A DNA stretch of 64,000 nucleotides from Anaeramoeba ignava BMAN (lineage: Eukaryota > Protista > Anaeramoebae). The stretch spans positions 310,001-374,000 of the forward strand of contig JAPDFW010000057.1 of NCBI GenBank assembly GCA_028826165.1, written 5' to 3'. The translations under genes and the position numbers were made by a program. Each line of letters opens with the position of its first letter. Within the stretch, counting starts at the first letter, position 1. Below the pieces are notes generated by a model. That model did not search any database. It saw only the letters and a program-made list of their open reading frames with translations, and had not been told where the DNA came from. This document shows positions 61,758 to 64,000 of the stretch, in pieces.

Positions 61758-64000
61758 ATGACTAAATTTGATTTAACAACAACTGAATGGATTAATTTTA
61801 TTTTGGATATTGTTTTTGTTACAACTTTAATTATTTTCATTATTTTTACAATTTATAATAAGAATAAACCATTTAATTTAATTTGGAGAGTTCGAGTAAT
61901 TTTAATTATTATTGGATTATTTTGGATAGTAACGTTTTATTTATTTTAAATAGAATTATTATTTTTTCCTTTATAAAAAAAAGTAAAAGAAAAAAAACAA
62001 AAAGAAAAAGAAAAAGAAAAAGAAAATTATTCTTTTTGAAACTTGAGTTTTTTATAAATTTGCTTTTTTCCTTTTACTTTTACTTTCTTTATAAATGAAA
62101 AAAAAATGATCAAAAAAATTTCAATTAAATAAATAAACAATTTTTTTTATTGAAAAAGTTAAGCAATATTCTTTTTGATAAAATGTTTTGGACAAAAGAA
62201 AAAGGGATGATTTATGTTCAAAAGAATGATATGAAAATTATATGTTCAATTTGCTTTTTAATTTCTAGAGGAATTACTGAACCTTTATTCTTTTTAATTA
62301 TCTATTTCCTTTTTCATTTCAGACAGAAAACAAACACTTTCCAAATAAAAAATGCTTCAACAAAAATTACTCTCTCATCTTTTCTTTGTTTGATTCCAAA
62401 TTTTGCTCTTCATTTAATTATTTTTATTGTTCGGTTTTCTTCAAATACTACAAATAAATTTTATTCAATTTATAATGAAGATAGTAACACTTGTTTAATT
62501 CCTGGAATTTCTACATTAATTTTTGCTGCATTTGAATTAATATTTTTTATTTTTTTCCGTAATGATTTTCTATAATTCCAAAATATATTCAAAATAAATA
62601 TTCCAAATAAATATTCAAAATAAATATAATTCCAAAATAAATATATTCAAAATAAATATATTCAAAATAAATATAATTCCAAAATATATTCAAAATAAAT
62701 ATTCAATATAAATATATTCAAATAAATATATCCAAAATAAATATTCAAAATAAATATAGAGACCTTCAAAATAAATATTCAAAATAAATATTATTCCAAA
62801 ATATATTCAAAATAAATATTATTCAAAATAAATATAATTCCAAAATAAATATATTCAAAAAAATAAATATTCAAAATAAATATATATTCAAATAAATATT
62901 ATTCAAAATAAATATTATTCCAAAATAAATGGGGATCCAAAAATATTCAAAATAAATATAATTCAAAAAAATATATTCAAAATAAATATATTCAAAATAA
63001 ATATATTCAAAAATAAATATATTCAAATTAAATAATATTCAAAATAAATATTCAAAATAAATATTCCAAAATAAATATATTCAAAATAAATATAATTCCA
63101 AAATAAATATATTCAAAAATATTCAAAATAAATATTCAAAATAAATATATTCAAAATAAATATATTCAAAATAAATATTTAATATAAATATTATTCAAAA
63201 AAATATTCAAAATAAATATTTAATATAAATATAATTCCAAAATATATTCAAAATAAATATATTCAAAATAAATATAATTCCAAAATAAATATTCAATATT
63301 TATTCAAAATATTTAAAATGTTTTCTAGTTATAAAAGCTTATCGTTTTGGAAATCATATTATAAACAGTTCTTTTACAGATAAAGTATTCATTCTCACAT
63401 TATTTTTGCTAGTTGGTGTAATTATGGATATTGTACTTTCGATTCCAGAAAATTCTTCAAATCTTCAATTATTTCGAATTTTAATCATTTTTGCAATAAT
63501 TTTCTCAACTGTTTTTGTAAGAAAAAATTTCAATTCAAATTCAAATTCAAATTCAAATTCCAAATTAAAATTAAAATTAAAATTAAAATTCAAATTCAAA
63601 TTCAAATTCAAATTCAAATTCAAATTCAAATTCCAATTCCAAATTAAAATTAAAATTCAAATTAAAATTGTTATTTTTTTTTAAACATAGATTTTGATCC
63701 TCCAACCTTTAATTAAATCTAAAGGATTGAAATTTGAATCTTTTAATTTTGTTCTCAAGGAATCAAAACCAAACGAAACAAGAACAAAAGAAGTTCAAAT
63801 ATTTGATAAAAAAAATGGAATTCAAGAAGAAAAAAAGGAATCAAGTGAACAAGAAGAGGATATAAATTTAAAACCTGAAACACCAACAACAAGTGGTGAA
63901 GATTTCGTTGTTTATTTAGATCAAGAAGAAACAAAACACATTACTCAAATAATGAAAGATTCTGGTTATAAAGAAGAAGATGATGATGATCTTGATTTGC
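61758..64000 (+). CDS. Multi-pass (about 7 TM) membrane protein, GPCR-like topology; runs off the window
   Basis: Exons 61758-61929, about 62159-62558, 63329-63516 and 63691->64000 splice in frame; repeated hydrophobic helices followed by an acidic tail. Confidence 0.65.

Overview
Eukaryotic, extremely AT-rich, gene-dense genomic DNA with standard genetic code and GT-AG spliceosomal introns, many filled with simple repeats. The RCC1-BTB and BTB expansions and QN/EN low-complexity tracts suggest an anaerobic protist such as Anaeramoeba (inference from style only). About 30 genes were reconstructed by hand, including an NDR-like AGC kinase, a Rab32-like GTPase, PRMT5, nicalin, a RhoGAP, APEH, CENP-X, CIAO1, twinfilin and an SLC5 symporter. 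Highlights: (1) a 943-bp element with a TTAA duplication and GG...CC ends (Kolobok-like) interrupts the APEH gene and carries a GATA-type zinc-finger gene whose intron holds a perfect palindrome; (2) a duplicated SSB / GT34 / GT61 glycosyltransferase cassette with hypervariable patches near catalytic motifs; (3) a strand-specific TTTCATTTT initiator-like motif upstream of nearly every gene; (4) kilobase introns nearly free of G on the sense strand; (5) a BTB protein with three copies of an unannotated winged-helix-like repeat; (6) a DUF2891-like, probably laterally acquired gene. Many frameshifts and ghost exon copies look like long-read consensus artefacts. No rRNA, tRNA or CRISPR was seen.
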